From assembly GCA_964016885.1 (NCBI GenBank), contig OZ024740.1:418686001-418750000 (forward strand): DNA of 64,000 nucleotides. Reading direction: 5' to 3'. Below the pieces are notes generated by a model, which was given only the letters and a program-made list of their open reading frames with translations, was not told the origin of the DNA and searched no databases. Position 1 is the first letter of the stretch, and every line of letters starts with the position of its first letter. The translations under genes were made by a program, and so were the position numbers. This document shows positions 1 to 12,942 of this stretch, in pieces. The stretch is from Eledone cirrhosa. Its lineage: Eukaryota.

Positions 1-209
1 CTTTTCATTCAACACCTTCAGATGATTTACTTTCAGAATGTCGAAACTAAACTCATTCATATCCCGTTAAGTGTTAAGTGGTTGCTTCAGTGCCATGACA
101 AAAAACACGCAGTCGACACTGTATGGTTGGCATTAGGAAGGGCATCCAGCTGTAGAAACCAAGCCAAAATACAAATCTGTATGAGCAAGACAGTCACCTT
201 AAACAAATC

Positions 210-665
210 ATAGTACTCTGTTAAAAGCCTTCTCCAGATAAACAAACACTAGTGGCTGACACTTAGCTTGGAACTTTTCATTAGTTGTCTTACTAAGAGA
301 AGGTCACTTATGGTACTTCATTAGCTGTTCTAAACCTCTTTCTGCTACTTTCATAACTTGATACATCAGTTTAATGCCATTGTAGCCGTTCCATTCTAGA
401 ACATCACCTTTGCCTTCATAGCAATTAATGATTACACTGCTACGCCACTCAATGAATATAACACTATCTTATATAACCTGGTTTATTATGCCAATGGCTA
501 GCTCGAGTCCTAATTCACCAAATATTTTCAGCATCCCAGCATCTCAGCTAGCCAGACAATATTTCCCTTTTTCATATGCCACATGGGTTCTAAGACCATG
601 ACTGTTAACTTCAAAGCTGGTCCTTTGTTGGATCTACTGGAGATAGTTCCTTTTCCTCTCCCACA
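210..665 (-). mobile_element. Degenerate RTE LINE RT fragment
   Basis: Decayed CY.GKGD.L..Y.GIKLM.QVMKVAER motif, homologous to the RT at 21079-23277. Confidence 0.65.
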
Positions 666-709
666 TTCTACAACCTTTCATTGTAACATTGCCAAGCCTC
701 TTTTCTGAG

Positions 710-1321
710 CAAGAATATACGTGAACGGCAAAGCATAAACGAATTAAGAGAGAGACTAAGCATAAGATGAATCAAATGTTGTGTACAGGAGAGGAGTTTG
801 CGTTGGTATGGACATGTGATGCATATGAAGGATGACAGTTGCATAAAAAGGTGCAGAGCGCTAAAAGTCGATGGAGGCCTTGGAGTGGGTAGACCCAAGA
901 CCTGGGATGAGGTGGTAAAAACTGACCTTGCCCAAATGCACCTCTCAAAGGCGATGACACAGGACCAAGACCTTTGACGTTACGCAGTTCCCACAGATAC
1001 AAGCTGAAGCTGAAGCATATAGACAATATGCCCCCACACCCCTCCCACTGTAAAGTGGTCGTGTAGGTGTTACAACAAAAAGCACCCAGTCCACATTGTA
1101 AGGTGGTCGTGTAGGCGCCACGGTAAAAAGCACTCAGTACTCACTGTAAATGAGGTTAGTGTTAGGAAGGGCATCCAGCTCTAGAAAATGAGCCAAAATC
1201 AGTCCTGTATGAGCAAGACATGGTTACCGGACGTGGCATTGCCCACAACAGGACAACCCGTCTAACCCATGCTAGCGTGGAGACATCGACGTAAAACGGT
1301 GATGATGATGATGATGATGAT
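710..1321 (+). mobile_element. 5'-truncated RTE LINE (family A-like) with (GAT)n tail
   Basis: LRWYGHVM motif; 3'UTR shared with copies at 18939, 20662 and 61539. Confidence 0.85.
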
Positions 1322-1614
1322 GCATTCATGTCATTCTGAACAAACTTTTCCCCAAACAACATTTTCATTCATACTGCTCTAATAAACTCTCAAATTTATG
1401 GGAAAATCTCAACCCAGTTAATTATATTCACAAAATAATAACCAAGAAAAGAGCCGATGAATAGAAAGTAGCCTATATAATAAACATTGCCAACAGACAA
1501 CAATGGATAAATTGATTCCCAGCAAGATTGTCAGAGAATTTGTATTTTCCTTCATACAAATAGTTAAAAAGACTTTTCAGAAGTTGTCCTGTCACTAATA
1601 TAGTCTTCTATTTA

Positions 1615-1805
1615 ATAATTGTTTCCACTTTTGGCACAAGGCCAGCAATTACCCAGTTCATTACTGGTACTTTATTTTATCGACCCCGTAAGTATGAAAG
1701 GCAAAGTCAACCTCGGCGGGATTTGAACTCAGATCGTAAAGGGACGTAACTATGCTGGAAAGCATGGCGTCCGACCCTCTACCGATACTGCCAATCCACC
1801 GCCCT
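1615..1805 (-). mobile_element. tRNA-derived SINE family 1. Other copies: ~2245-2430(-), 25741-25930(-), 26390-26603(-), 36840-37027(-), 45120-45342(-), 49787-49975(+), 53921-54105(+), 54213-54405(+), 59899-60068(+), 60165-60350(-)
   Basis: A-box-like TGGCAGTATCGG and B-box GAGTTCAAATCCC, conserved core GCCTTTCATCC...GGGGTCGATAAAATAAAGTACCAG; >10 dispersed copies; clear TSD (gaaacactataaataatg) around the 45120 copy. Confidence 0.88.
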
Positions 1806-4172
1806 TAATAATAGCTACAAGTCTTCAACCATGATGTCAGTAATATTGTAAAAGTCAATCACAAGAATCAATAGCTAATTGTCTTCTATTGTATGAGAAG
1901 TAGCTAAAGATATGGCTTAAGAAATTAGTATAATTACAGTGATTATGTAGCACTGGGATTTCCAGATTTCCAGCGTTGGCGTTGTCGGCAGTGTAGGACA
2001 GTATGCTTTGTGGCATAAAGTTAGGTCACTTTGCGTTTTGCGTTCAAAACCCTAAAACTAACCCTAATCCTGGAAAAAAAATCGATTGCAAGCATTTTTG
2101 GTGATCAGTTTAGTTGATGACACACACACAAATAATTATTTCCAACCAAACGGGGGGGGGGGGGGTAGATCTGCGAATCTTCGATGGATTTCCCGCTCCC
2201 TTTCCCCTTTCTATAAAGCTAGTCATTTCCGACTGGTTTAGAGATAATTGTTTCTACTTTTGGCACAAGGCCAGCAATTACCCAGTGTATTACTGGTACT
2301 TTATTTTATCGACCCTGTAAGGATGAAAGGCAAAGTTAACCTCGGCGGGATTTGAACTCAGATCGTAAAGGGATGTAACTACGCTGGAAAGCATGTCTGA
2401 CCCTCTACCAATACTGCCAATTCACCGATAATATTCGTTGATTACACGTGAAAAAAAATTCGTATAGAAAACTCCGAGGGGGAGCCCCACCATTCCGTTT
2501 TCCGGAAAAAAAAAAGATTGCAAACATTTTGAAGGTGCTTTACGGAGGAAAAAAATTGTTTTCCCACTGAAATCGAGGGAGGGGGGAGTTCTTTTTAAAA
2601 TAAATATGCATTAAGAAAGTCAAAAAGAAACGAAGTCAGGGGGAGGGCACTAAACTGTAGTTAAGCAGAGAACTTTTGCATTCCCTTCCAAAACGAAAAC
2701 AATACAAGGTAAAGATAGGTATAACTCAATTCCCAGAGCAACTTCATTTGTTATCTGTCATAGAATGTAATACGCTTAATTGCAATTTATATACTGTACA
2801 ATATTAAGTTTACGTAAATAGACTAGTAGAGCTATGAAACTTGAATAGAACATCCGAGTTTCTGTATAAAACGAGTTTATTTCGTTAATATTTACATTAT
2901 TTTGTAGGACTATAAGCTGTTCCCGTAAACTTCATTTCCGAAGTGTGCATACATATCAAATGGAAGTGCCGTAGATAGGCAGTTATGTTTACTTTTACAA
3001 TTACACCTGTCACACCCCGGAGGTGGTGAAAATGATTGGTTCTTTACTTAATCGTTTGTAAAAGTATTGTAATCAACGTAAAATTTCATCAAAATCAATT
3101 TTGATCGAAGTATAATTGCCGAGTACATGCAAAGCTGAACATGAAACTATGCTCATGATAATCAGGAATGGCTTTGTTCAATTACCGAAACGAATCTTTT
3201 GGATACTTAATGTTTTTGTTTTTTCTTAATACACGTGCTTTTTAAAATGAGAATGTTTTAACATATATTTGAAGTATTAAGTATGTTTTGTTTACAATGA
3301 TGAAAATTTCGTTACAAATGCAAATATAATGTAGGAGGAAAGTTAAATGCCACCCAAGGACGAACAATTTATTATAAATAGAAATATATTTAGAAAAGAA
3401 TGGGCATGGGAATAAACATGTAGCATTTGTCTTGTAAACATAAGATACTTAACGTGTTATGTATATGTTAAAATAATTCATTTTAAAAGTACATGTATTA
3501 GGAAAGAAGAAGTTAGTTAAATTTAAAAAAAAAAAACCACGCTGAAACAAAACTTATTTGTTTCGGCAATTCAAGAAAACCAAGTTAGTTATTTACATCC
3601 CTCCTTATTAATTTGATTTCATTTTTAGCTACGCACGTACGGCAAATATACTTCGATCAAAATGATCACAAGCTAAACAGCAATAACAACCTATTTCGAA
3701 CTAAAAGTTGGACAACAACGAAGGAAGATAAAATGATAACAGCAATTAGATAAAGAAAAGCAGACACAATTTCATCGTAATATTAACAAAATCCTGGCAA
3801 GCTAGTCCTAAATAAACAGTTAATATATACAGTACAGGCGATGTAGTTGTTTTGCAAGGTTTTTGATATGAAATCCTGTGTTGAAACAGATATTGTTATA
3901 TTTGGGGAGGGTCATGTTGTCCTAATATTGCCAGAAAAATATAGTATAATACACTCACTGTTTGGTTTGGTTTTCGCTTCAGTATATTTTTATATTTCTA
4001 TAAATAATTTAGCTGGCAATCAATGTTTATCATTGAGTGACCAGTTCAATTATATAGAACGTCAATAATAATAAAACTACATCATTGTTATATCTATAAC
4101 TGAAATGCAATAATACTAAATAAACATCTATCGAAGCACCATTGTAAAATCTACAAATAAATGTTCGTTCAC

Positions 4173-4307
4173 CTTTTGTGACTTAGCAAGCCAAAACCAA
4201 AGCTGTCTCCATGTTCTGAATTTTTTCTTTGCACTGAAATTATAAGACATCTCAGCACTGGCATAACGAGAAACTAGGGGGCTCTGGTAAGACATATGCT
4301 TCTCCAT
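4173..4307 (-). CDS. ADSL: Adenylosuccinate lyase, first coding exon; gene continues beyond window start
   Basis: Manual translation from ATG at 4307: [45 protein letters not shown], then phase-0 donor GTGAAC. Matches the ADSL N-terminus (Y.SPL.SRYAS.EM...F..KF.TWRQLW.WLA). No exon 2 found in 1-4172. Confidence 0.93.
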
Positions 4308-4700
4308 TATTAGGCTTCTTTTGCTATGATTCCCACTGGAACAATTACACTTACTAAATACTCCAGATGATTTATAAATTCCCGCTTAGCGTGTTGTCCG
4401 ACTAGTTTCTACGCAATGTTGTCAGTCGTTGCCGAAAAACAAGCATGCTCTTACTGATATGATTTTACAATATAAATTAAAATACATATTTTCAGATATA
4501 TAAAAATACTTAAAATAATTAATTAAAAATTTACACCGAGGAATTATAATTGTTTTATAACTTAATTTATATGTACCGAACGACAGCTGTTATGGAAGGG
4601 GGATAACTCTGAATTACGACATACAATTTCAAATCGAATGTGCGCGTTACCCCCAAATTACCACGTTGATTACTTACTCAATATGACTACCCAGACAAAA
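4308..4700 (-). promoter_or_regulatory. Probable ADSL 5'UTR/promoter region
   Basis: Non-repetitive sequence upstream of the ADSL ATG; CpGs look more frequent in ~2000-4700 than in most of the window (visual impression). TSS not determinable. Confidence 0.45.
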
Positions 4701-4744
4701 CTCTAAATATTAGACAGAGAATATTAAATGATTTCTAAAAAAGA

Positions 4745-6081
4745 GTCACTGACTGTGTGTCCCAGATGACACTCGCCTCTTACCCAGGGATAAAGGGTCA
4801 GGCCGTCTGGTCCCTCACCATCACTTCTGGATATTCCAGCAGGCTCCAGAACTGAGGAGATATTTACCCGAGCCAGGGCTCGTTTAATGATCCGTTCATA
4901 ATTGGTGGCAGACGTGTTTTTAAAGTTCTTCTAAAATCAGCAACAAAGCACTCAGCCACATCTGATATAATTTAATTTTTGTGGATATATTAGTATGTAC
5001 TCATACTAGTGCTTATATGCGTGTGAGTGTATACGAGTGAATGCACCGGCCCTTCAAACTCCAGTTGTTCCCTAAACCCAGCCACAGCTGAAGTCCCATC
5101 AAACCATATCACTCACCCCAGCTCTAGGAATGCTCAAGGTTCCTCAATATTTATCCTCTCTTTAGCCCTCCACCCCACATGAAGTCGAGCAGTGTCATGT
5201 ACAATAAGCAGAAGAAAAGAAGGAAGTGTTCCAACTGTAGCATTTCTTCCACCTTTCTTGCATCACCCTGCAATGGTGGCACTGCCCATGCTGCTTAATC
5301 CCCTTGACACTACAGGTGGACACTGGGGCATGGCACAATGGAGACTCAGCCCAGATAGCAACTGCCTGCCTCAGGCAGAGATGGTGAATCACCATCAGAA
5401 TCCCCAAAGCTGCCCACATTTATGTGGCCAAAGTGTTAGCATCGTCCATTGACCAGGCACTTGACACCAACAGCTTGCATGACTGGAACAAACTCAGTTT
5501 TACAACTCTCACACTTGGGATCCTAACGGCAGGAGAGTGTTTGGTCCCCTCCCTGACTTCAAGGCTCAGAAGCTACATCACATCTTGCTGCCACCTTTCA
5601 CCAACTAGCCTCTCACTTCTCCGAGAGAACGTCTCTATGACCGAGTCAATTGTAAACTAATTGAGGGCAATGTTTTTGATGTGGTGTGTGATGGCCTCAA
5701 GTGACCAGACACTTCATACAGCAGATGCTTCCTTAGTCACCTCGCCTCCTAATAAAGCTGGACATGGTAATCGTCTTTAACCCTTTAGCATTTAAACCGG
5801 CTATATCTGGCTAGAATTTTCTTACCTCTTTCTGTTCAAATCGGCCATAACTAGCTACTCATACTGATGTTAAGGTATTGTTCTCAAAATGAATAATATC
5901 AAAATCTCATAGATTCGATATTATGTGAGATAATTATGTAAGATAAAGCCTTTACCACGAAAATACAATAGTATATATAAAGTAATGTAAATACTTAAGG
6001 GTTAACTGCTAGGCAGTATCACATTTTAGAGATGTGTCTAAGACATTATCCCTCAATATTCTCCCTTGTGCACATCTATGG
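4745..6081. mobile_element. Decayed CRE-like non-LTR retrotransposon, continuing at 10176-10340; interrupted by a MITE and the hAT
   Basis: Minus strand 4750-4890 reads IIKRAL...LEP.G..R.DG..PDG.TL.PW (restriction-like endonuclease). Plus strand across the hAT reads YG.P.YL...V.QGD.L...LFAL.V...FN..YL.DATL (RT). The two parts are in opposite orientation. Confidence 0.6.
5777..6005 (+). mobile_element. piggyBac-type MITE; same family at 50740-50954 (opposite orientation) and 56594-56828
   Basis: TTAA-CCCTTT...AAGGG-TTAA termini; three similar copies of ~215-235 bp. Confidence 0.8.
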
Positions 6082-6815
6082 CAGTGGTCACCAACCTTTC
6101 TAAAACCGAGGAACCCTCTAAATATTTTGAATTCTTCACGGAACCTATACAATACAAAACTTTTCAAAAAAAATAATAAAGTATTTATTTATTTTAGTGT
6201 TTCATGCGTGTGTATGTAATCGAACACAATGACTTTTCTGCTGCTGCGCCTCATCAGTGAGTTTAGAAAATCGAGGTTCAACACTAGTTAATGCCAATCT
6301 CATACACTCGTCAATTGCTGACAGTTTATTCCTCTTTGTGCAGATTTCCACCAACTGCGAAAACCTTTCGCACAAGTAGCTAGATGGGAATAAAGTCAAA
6401 TACTTCAATGCAAGTTGGCTGATTTCATTAAACTCCCCAATCAAGAATAAGTCGATCCATAGTTCTTTCTTTCTGCTTTCGAATATCACTTTCAGGTCTT
6501 CGTTTGAATTCAAATCCATCAACTGATGTAAGCATTGTGCAGGTAGTAAATTTTTACAATTTCCAGCGTCATTTTCTGACACTAACTGCTCGATCTCGGT
6601 GGACGGGTTTTTATCCATAAATTTCCGCTAACAATATCTTTTTCCATCAAGTCAAAATAATCTGAAAAACCTGTGGAAAGCACATTTAAATGAGAAAGAA
6701 TAATCTTCTTTAGATTGCTGGAGTCAAAATTTTCTCTTTAAGCTCTATTTCAAGGTTTGAAAGTAATTGTCCGATTCAATTCTTTTTATAAAGATGTTTA
6801 ATTTTGATTGAAAAT

Positions 6816-7152
6816 CATCATCATTTCATTTTACGACCGCTTTTTCCCTGCTTGCAAGGGTGGGACGGGAACTGATTCTGGCTTGATTTCTACAGCTGGA
6901 TGCCCTTCCTAACACCAACCTCATTTACAGTGAGTGCTGGGTGCTTTTTTGCTGTGGCACCTCCACGACCACTTTGCAGTGGAATGATATGGACCCCAGT
7001 CCCTATCATCTCATTTCTACAGCTGAGTAAACTGGAGCAATGTGAAATAAAGTGTCTTGCTCAAGGAAACAACACATCACCCGGTCTGAGAATTGAACTC
7101 ACAACCTTTCGATTGCAAGGCCAATGCTCTAACCACTAAGCCATGTGCCTCC
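6816..7152 (-). mobile_element. tRNA-derived SINE family 2 with RTE-type tail; other copies 13013-13409(-) and 37275-37555(-); related heads at ~11445-11560(+) and 50245-50340(+)
   Basis: Head GGAGGCACATGGCTTAGTGGTTAG...GAGTTCAATTC (A and B boxes), core TCCTTGAGCAAGACACTTT, RTE-like 3' end and (ATG)n tail. Confidence 0.88.
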
Positions 7153-7245
7153 ATGTGTGTATTATTTTATTTTTTACCCAGACTTAATTCAATCTTAGAC
7201 ATTCATTGCTTGTAATGTCTATTAAATATTAACTGTTTTGGTGAT

Positions 7246-7591
7246 CTATGTGCCACTGGCACCATAATGGTTGTTAATGGCATCAATTAATTCTTTCTTT
7301 TTCTTTGCAAAACATTTGATATCATTTTCTCTCATCATTTTTCCTAGTTCAGCCAGTTTAAGTTTTTCCAGCTTTCCCTCCATGCACAATACTTTCAAGT
7401 CTTGGTCAGTAAGTGGACGTTTGCTAGATTCATGTGATGCATCACTTCCTGAAGCTCGCTTCTTCTTGTTATCTGGGTTGTAGTCACTGGGAAAGATGGC
7501 TTCTTTGAATTGATGGATTTCATCTTTAGCTTTCCTATCTATTTTATCATTATCTGGCTTTGTATTGTCAACAAATTTTTCAGGGCATTCC
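7246..7591 (-). pseudogene. XRCC6: Ku70 C-terminal fragment (linker + SAP domain), intron-less 5'-truncated retrocopy
   Basis: PEKFVDNTKPD...FKEAIFPSDYNPD.KKKR...SKRP...GKLEKLKLAEL...KKKELIDAINNHY parallels the Ku70 C-terminus as recalled (D.T.P, FKELVYPPDYNPE, SKRPK, G.L.K, KKQELL.A...HF); 114 open codons to TAG. Confidence 0.85.
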
Positions 7592-10500
7592 TTGAAAATA
7601 TGTAATAAAATTGATTGAAGTAAAAATATCTGCATTGTTACCCTGAAGACACTTATTTAGTTTGTTCAGTTCACCAAAAATGTCTACTAAATAAGTGAGT
7701 TGCACATTCCATTCATTGGTTTCTGATACACTTGCTCTTTCATAATTCTGTTTTTTTAGAAAAACTATTATTTCTTCTCTCAGTTCAAAAACTCTCTTCA
7801 TAGCATCCCCAAAAGACAGCCAACGCACATGATTGTTCAATAACAATCTATTATAATTACTTCCAGAAGATTCACAAATAGATTCAAACATTCTAGAATT
7901 TTTTGCTCTTGCATGGATCAAATTGATAATTTTGACAATGTCTTTCAGCTGGTCATTTAATATTTGAGCATCTCTGTCTTTGAATTTTTTTTAACACAAA
8001 ACCTCTCGATGAATCATACAATGAATTGAAATACAATTTAGGGTCTGTTCTTTAATTTTTGCAATCAAACCAGTCATTGCAGCTGCTCCATCTGTTGTTA
8101 TTGAAGTCAACTTGCTCCAAGATACACCATTTAAAAAAAAATACTCTTCAATTTTATTGAATATATCTTGACCTTTAATTGTGATGTCTAATGCCAGACA
8201 AAACAAATACTCTTCTACTAATTCTTTTTTATCAAGGTCTACAAACCGTACATAAGCAAATTAATTGAGCCTTGTTATTAATATCCGTAGTTTCGTCCAC
8301 TTGCAGTCCAAAACATGGGCTTTTCTTTAGTGCAGTTAGTATCTGATTTTCTATATAAGAAGAAATATCAATTATCCCTCTTTTTACGGTATTTGCTGAC
8401 AATGGTAACTGACTTAATTTTTCTTTGTCCTTAATACTGCAGCTTTCAAAAAGATTCTCTTTAGCAATTTACTGTTCTCCTAATGTAAATGGTTTCTTGT
8501 TTTTACCAATCAAATGTGAAATCTCAAAAGATGTTCTTGTTAAAGCTTTATTTCTATCTGACTTTTTACAAAACAAGTCATACATATTAGCTTGTGATTT
8601 TTTAATGTTGTTTTTCAGCGAAGTAAAGTATTCCAGTGACTTGTTTTTATCATTGGTGTGATTAGTATCAATGTGTCTTTTAAGTTTTGCAGGATTTAAA
8701 CAGCTATTTGATAGAACTTTTGAACATAGCAAACACATGGGCTGATCTGGTGTATCTTTTTTAGTGTCAGCTTTTTGAAATCCATATCTAACATAATCAT
8801 CATGCCACTGTCTAACCTTACTGCTGGTATCTAACTTCAGCTTCTTTGCAGTAGACATTATATCAATGTTATTTATCTACAGTTAACATTTTTAATATGA
8901 CATTAATAAACAAGAGAAATTAACAGTTTTTTTAATTACAAAAAGTACTTAAATTAACTTTAATTTTAGATATTTGGAAAAACTTAACTAGTTAAAAAAA
9001 AATTTTAATTGAAATTTCTCCATTTTAGGATGGCAAACATATTATTTAAAGTCTTATAATAATATTAAAATATTAGGGGTTACTGAAAAAGGTGCAAATT
9101 TATGAACTAGAAGAAATATTTTTCAAAGTCCAGCACTTCCTGCATATACTACTTTAGGGTCGTATTAAATATTATTGGTAATGTAAATATATTTAAATAT
9201 CCGCCATACTAAAAGGTGCAAAAAATGCAAATCAGCTGATAGTGTAGATGTGACGATGGTATTGGAAATTAATTCAGATATCTTCTATCTATTTTGACTC
9301 AAAGTTAGATATAATAGAAGAAGGCTTTAGGCTGCGTTACACATATATTAGATTGGAACAAATAAAGTTTAGTCAAATGTTTATGGACATATATATTTAT
9401 TGTATAAAGTAATTTCTCAATTGTGAATGCAGATGTCATTAAATGAATACATAATTGTGTGGCAAAGTTTATAGTGTATGCATGGAATACAAAATTACCT
9501 TTCTTAGTAGTAAAAACTTTACAGGCGTTATATTTTCTGTGCAAAGTACAACAGAATGTAACGTGTTCTTATTTAGAATTGTCTATGGAACTGGATGCAT
9601 GTTGAAAACGACTAGTAAGCGAGTTCACTCAGTGAGGAAACTTTAGACGACTTTAAAGCTTTTGTGAGGGCAGCAGATTAAAACGTGTTCTCTATTGAAA
9701 ACATTCTACTGAACTTACGTTGTGAGAACAGCGAACTGACCCTGCCTCTTGGCTGAGAGACCTCGCTGAACTGAAGTTTTCAGTTTAAAGTTATGCTGTC
9801 ATCAACCAACATTTACTTGTTCATGATTGGTCAATTTCTAAGTTCAATTAGTGTATTATGAGTAGTAGTCAAATCCTCGGAATTCAGAAAACTATGTCTT
9901 TCCAAGAATTGATGTGAAATTGAAAGTATTCAATTTCCACGAATCTCAGAACAGTGTTTTTCTGCTAATTCAAGTGAGAAACTGAAAGTAGTGTTTTCCA
10001 CGAATTGGAGTGGAGAACCTGTGTACACTACAATAGTACTCGTTCATTTATACATTGCACCTTTTTCAGAAAACCCAAAATATTAATGGTAATGTAAATA
10101 TTTATTTTTTTAAGGAACCCGGAGTTTGTTTTACGGAACCCCAAGGTTTCGCAGAACCCATGTTGGCGACCACTGTCCTATGGGACACCCTGCATACCTA
10201 TGGCTGTTGAGAACATGGTCACTTCTGCCACGTGTCCATCAAGGGGACCTACTTAGCCGGTTCCTCTTTGCCCTGGTTGTTGATGATATTGGCCACTCAA
10301 ACCTTTCACTCTTCAATGTCTGATACCTGGCCGATGCAACTCTGGTTGTGTCTGTTGTTGAGGACCTACAACAAGTTGTTGCAGCCCTAAAAGTGTTCTC
10401 GGTCCTTGTACTGCTGATTTCTTCTGTAAAATTAGAAAGACGGCAACCTGCTTGAGGAAAGAACTCCATGAGTGGCTGTTGCAGCAGATGTTTTGAGCCA

Positions 10501-12718
10501 TTCTCCTCAGTAATGCTTTTGTCATTTTGTCCATGGAATGCAGCTGAAACACTGCTCAGACTGTAGGGTCTGTAGCTCCCTACCTTTTTTTTGATAATTC
10601 TCTTTACTTTTTCTCCTTTCTCTTTTATTTCCTTATTACCATGGATATTGTACAGTTCTTATCGCATTTTCCATTTAGTTTAATTGAAATAAATCGTTAA
10701 ACGGCTGTCAAATTCAGTATTTTATAATATTCAGTAAATACTTTTTTATTTTGATATTAGACAGATACAGTTTCATTAAACCTCAGATAATAACACTTTA
10801 CAATATTATACTTATGTACCACGAGGGAAGCTTTAAATTACATTAAAAATAAAGCAGTCTGTAGGACATATGTTATTTATGTCATATGTCATATTTATGT
10901 CATATTTATGTCATATTTATGACATATGTTTTTAGTTTTTGATTTTCAGTTAAGACATCTTAGTTAGTTACTCATGTCCACCTGTCCTGGGTGGTACATT
11001 GGAAGGAGAGGGGGATGCAAACATCCAGCATACACAATCCGCTGTTGCTGTTTTGCATCTGTTCTAGGTGATAGTCTTCAGATTGTCTTGAAATGTCCAC
11101 TACCAGTTGATCTTTTTGGTCTACTCCCTTTCTGTTTGCCTCTAGGAGGAGTCCAAGTCATTGCTGCTTTCTAGATTAGGCAGACTGAGAATGTGGCTAA
11201 CCAGGTGAAACCATTTCTCCATAGTTATCTCTCTTAGTGATCCTCAGGATCTCTCCATATATATTCTGGTTTTGTCAGGTAACCATCATAATCTTTCTGA
11301 AGCACATTTGATAGAATGGATTCAGCTTCCTGTCAATCTTAGCTATGCTCTTTTCAGTTTCTCTGGTATAGGTTGCAGTAGAGAGAATGATGGCATTGTA
11401 TAGCCACAGCTTGACATCTGTGTTGATAGTTGAGGCTGACCATGAAGACACATGGCTTAGTGGTTAGAAAGTTGGATTTGCAATTGTGAGGTTGTGAGTT
11501 CAATTCTTGGAGTGGGTGATGTGTCCTTGAGCAAGACACTTTATTTCATGTTCCTTTTTCTGCCAGGAGTTACGACCTGTAGATAGCATCAGCAATGGAA
11601 AGACCAATGGAAATATTGTTTCCTTGGTTTGATTTGACAAGGTCCACCCCACTCGGTAAGTGAATGAGGTCTGGGATCTTGTTGATTGATCAGAGTGAGA
11701 GAACAAGACAGAGTACATTTGGCTGGAACACTGTAGATGCCTTTTTGATTCTGCTACTGACATCCAGTTCACCATTGCTATTGCTACTTAGAATGTTACC
11801 TGGGTAGGTGAAGTGGTTGATTTACTTAACTCTTGTTGGTATACCTTAATTGCTGCTTCTTGGTCAATATTGTGACTCATGCACAAAACAGATCTTCACT
11901 GTGTGGAACATCATCTAATAGTAGAAACTATTGGTGGTCAACTTCATTGACTTCCAGAAGGTGTTTGACAGTGTGTACAGGGAATCATTCTGGGGCATCA
12001 TCCTGTCATATGGTATGTTTTGTCAACATCTTCAAGAGTTTGTATGTCAACCTAAGGTGCTGTTGTGAAAACTGAGTCTGGAATAACAAAGTTCTTCAAC
12101 ATCATTTCTGGACTCAGACAATAACAAGTGAGAGAGCACCTCTATTATTGCAGATGAGATTGTAACAACACGAAAGTAATAAAGATGAGCCACAATACTG
12201 GCCAGGAAGCAGCAATCAAGGTAAACCTGTCTGTTCTTGTCTAAGGACAGAGTCTGATTGGATGACATGTTAGGTCCTTGAGCAAGATACTTTATTTAAT
12301 GTTGTAATGTCACTGGTGCCAAGTTATATCAGATTTTGTCTTTCCCTTCAGAGGCATGGAGATGGGAGACTGGCATGTATGGGTGATGGTTGCTCTTCCA
12401 CAACATCTTGCCCAGGTTTGTGCCTCAGAGGGAGACTTTCTAGGTGTGAGCTCATGGTCAGCCGCAACCAGAGGTGGGGGTGTGACTCCTCCTAATCCCC
12501 TATCAATGCTGTGATACAAGTACTTTACTGTTATGAAGGGCCTAACTTATTTCTTCTCTAATTTTTGAATGCCATTGTTTATTCATTCAGAGAGGTATGG
12601 AGGTTCCCACATGTCTACCAAGTTGAAACAATTCTTAATCAGCCGTGGGATTTCTACAAGATATACACCCCCATATAATCCTTTAAGGAACTTACAATAT
12701 ATATCACTATATATATAT

Positions 12719-12942
12719 ATAGAATAGAAAACGAAAAATCAGTGATGCATCTGAACTCAATTTATTGTGTGCTACAATTGTTTCCCCAGCGGACAGCTCA
12801 AGACGCGATCATTGTATGGATCTGTCCAGAATCAGACAGATCCACACAATGTTCGCGTCTTGAGCTGTCCGCTGGGGAAACAATTGTAGCACACAATAAA
12901 TTGAGTTCAGATGCATCACTGATTTTTCGTTTTCTATTCTAT
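12719..12942. repeat. Fold-back palindrome, 108-bp arms with 8-nt loop
   Basis: 12719-12826 is the reverse complement of 12835-12942 with about 2 mismatches; adjoins (TA)n. Confidence 0.95.

Larger units (their letters stand above)
6202..8858 (-). pseudogene. Disrupted hAT transposase (ZBED5/SCAND3-like)
   Basis: Fragments with BED-like YGF...CLLC...KLKRH...H, DETTD, TTDGAAAMTG, HCMIHRE, VRWLS and FPSSYLCER motifs; frameshifts, stops and a 776-bp insertion. Confidence 0.9.
6082..10175 (-). mobile_element. hAT DNA transposon, Buster/Charlie type, with both ends
   Basis: TIRs CAGTGGTCACCAAC / GTTGGCGACCACTG, subterminal GGAACCC repeats, imperfect 8-bp TSD atcTAtgg / tccTAtgg with central TA. 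Confidence 0.9.

Noticed and set aside
7080-7152. tRNA gene
   Set aside because: tRNA-like head of a multicopy SINE, continuous with SINE core and tail.
7246-7635. Functional transposase-Ku70 fusion or genuine XRCC6 last exon
   Set aside because: Different frame from the transposase (which reads FQGMP*), no other Ku70 exons in the window, and enclosed by a TSD.
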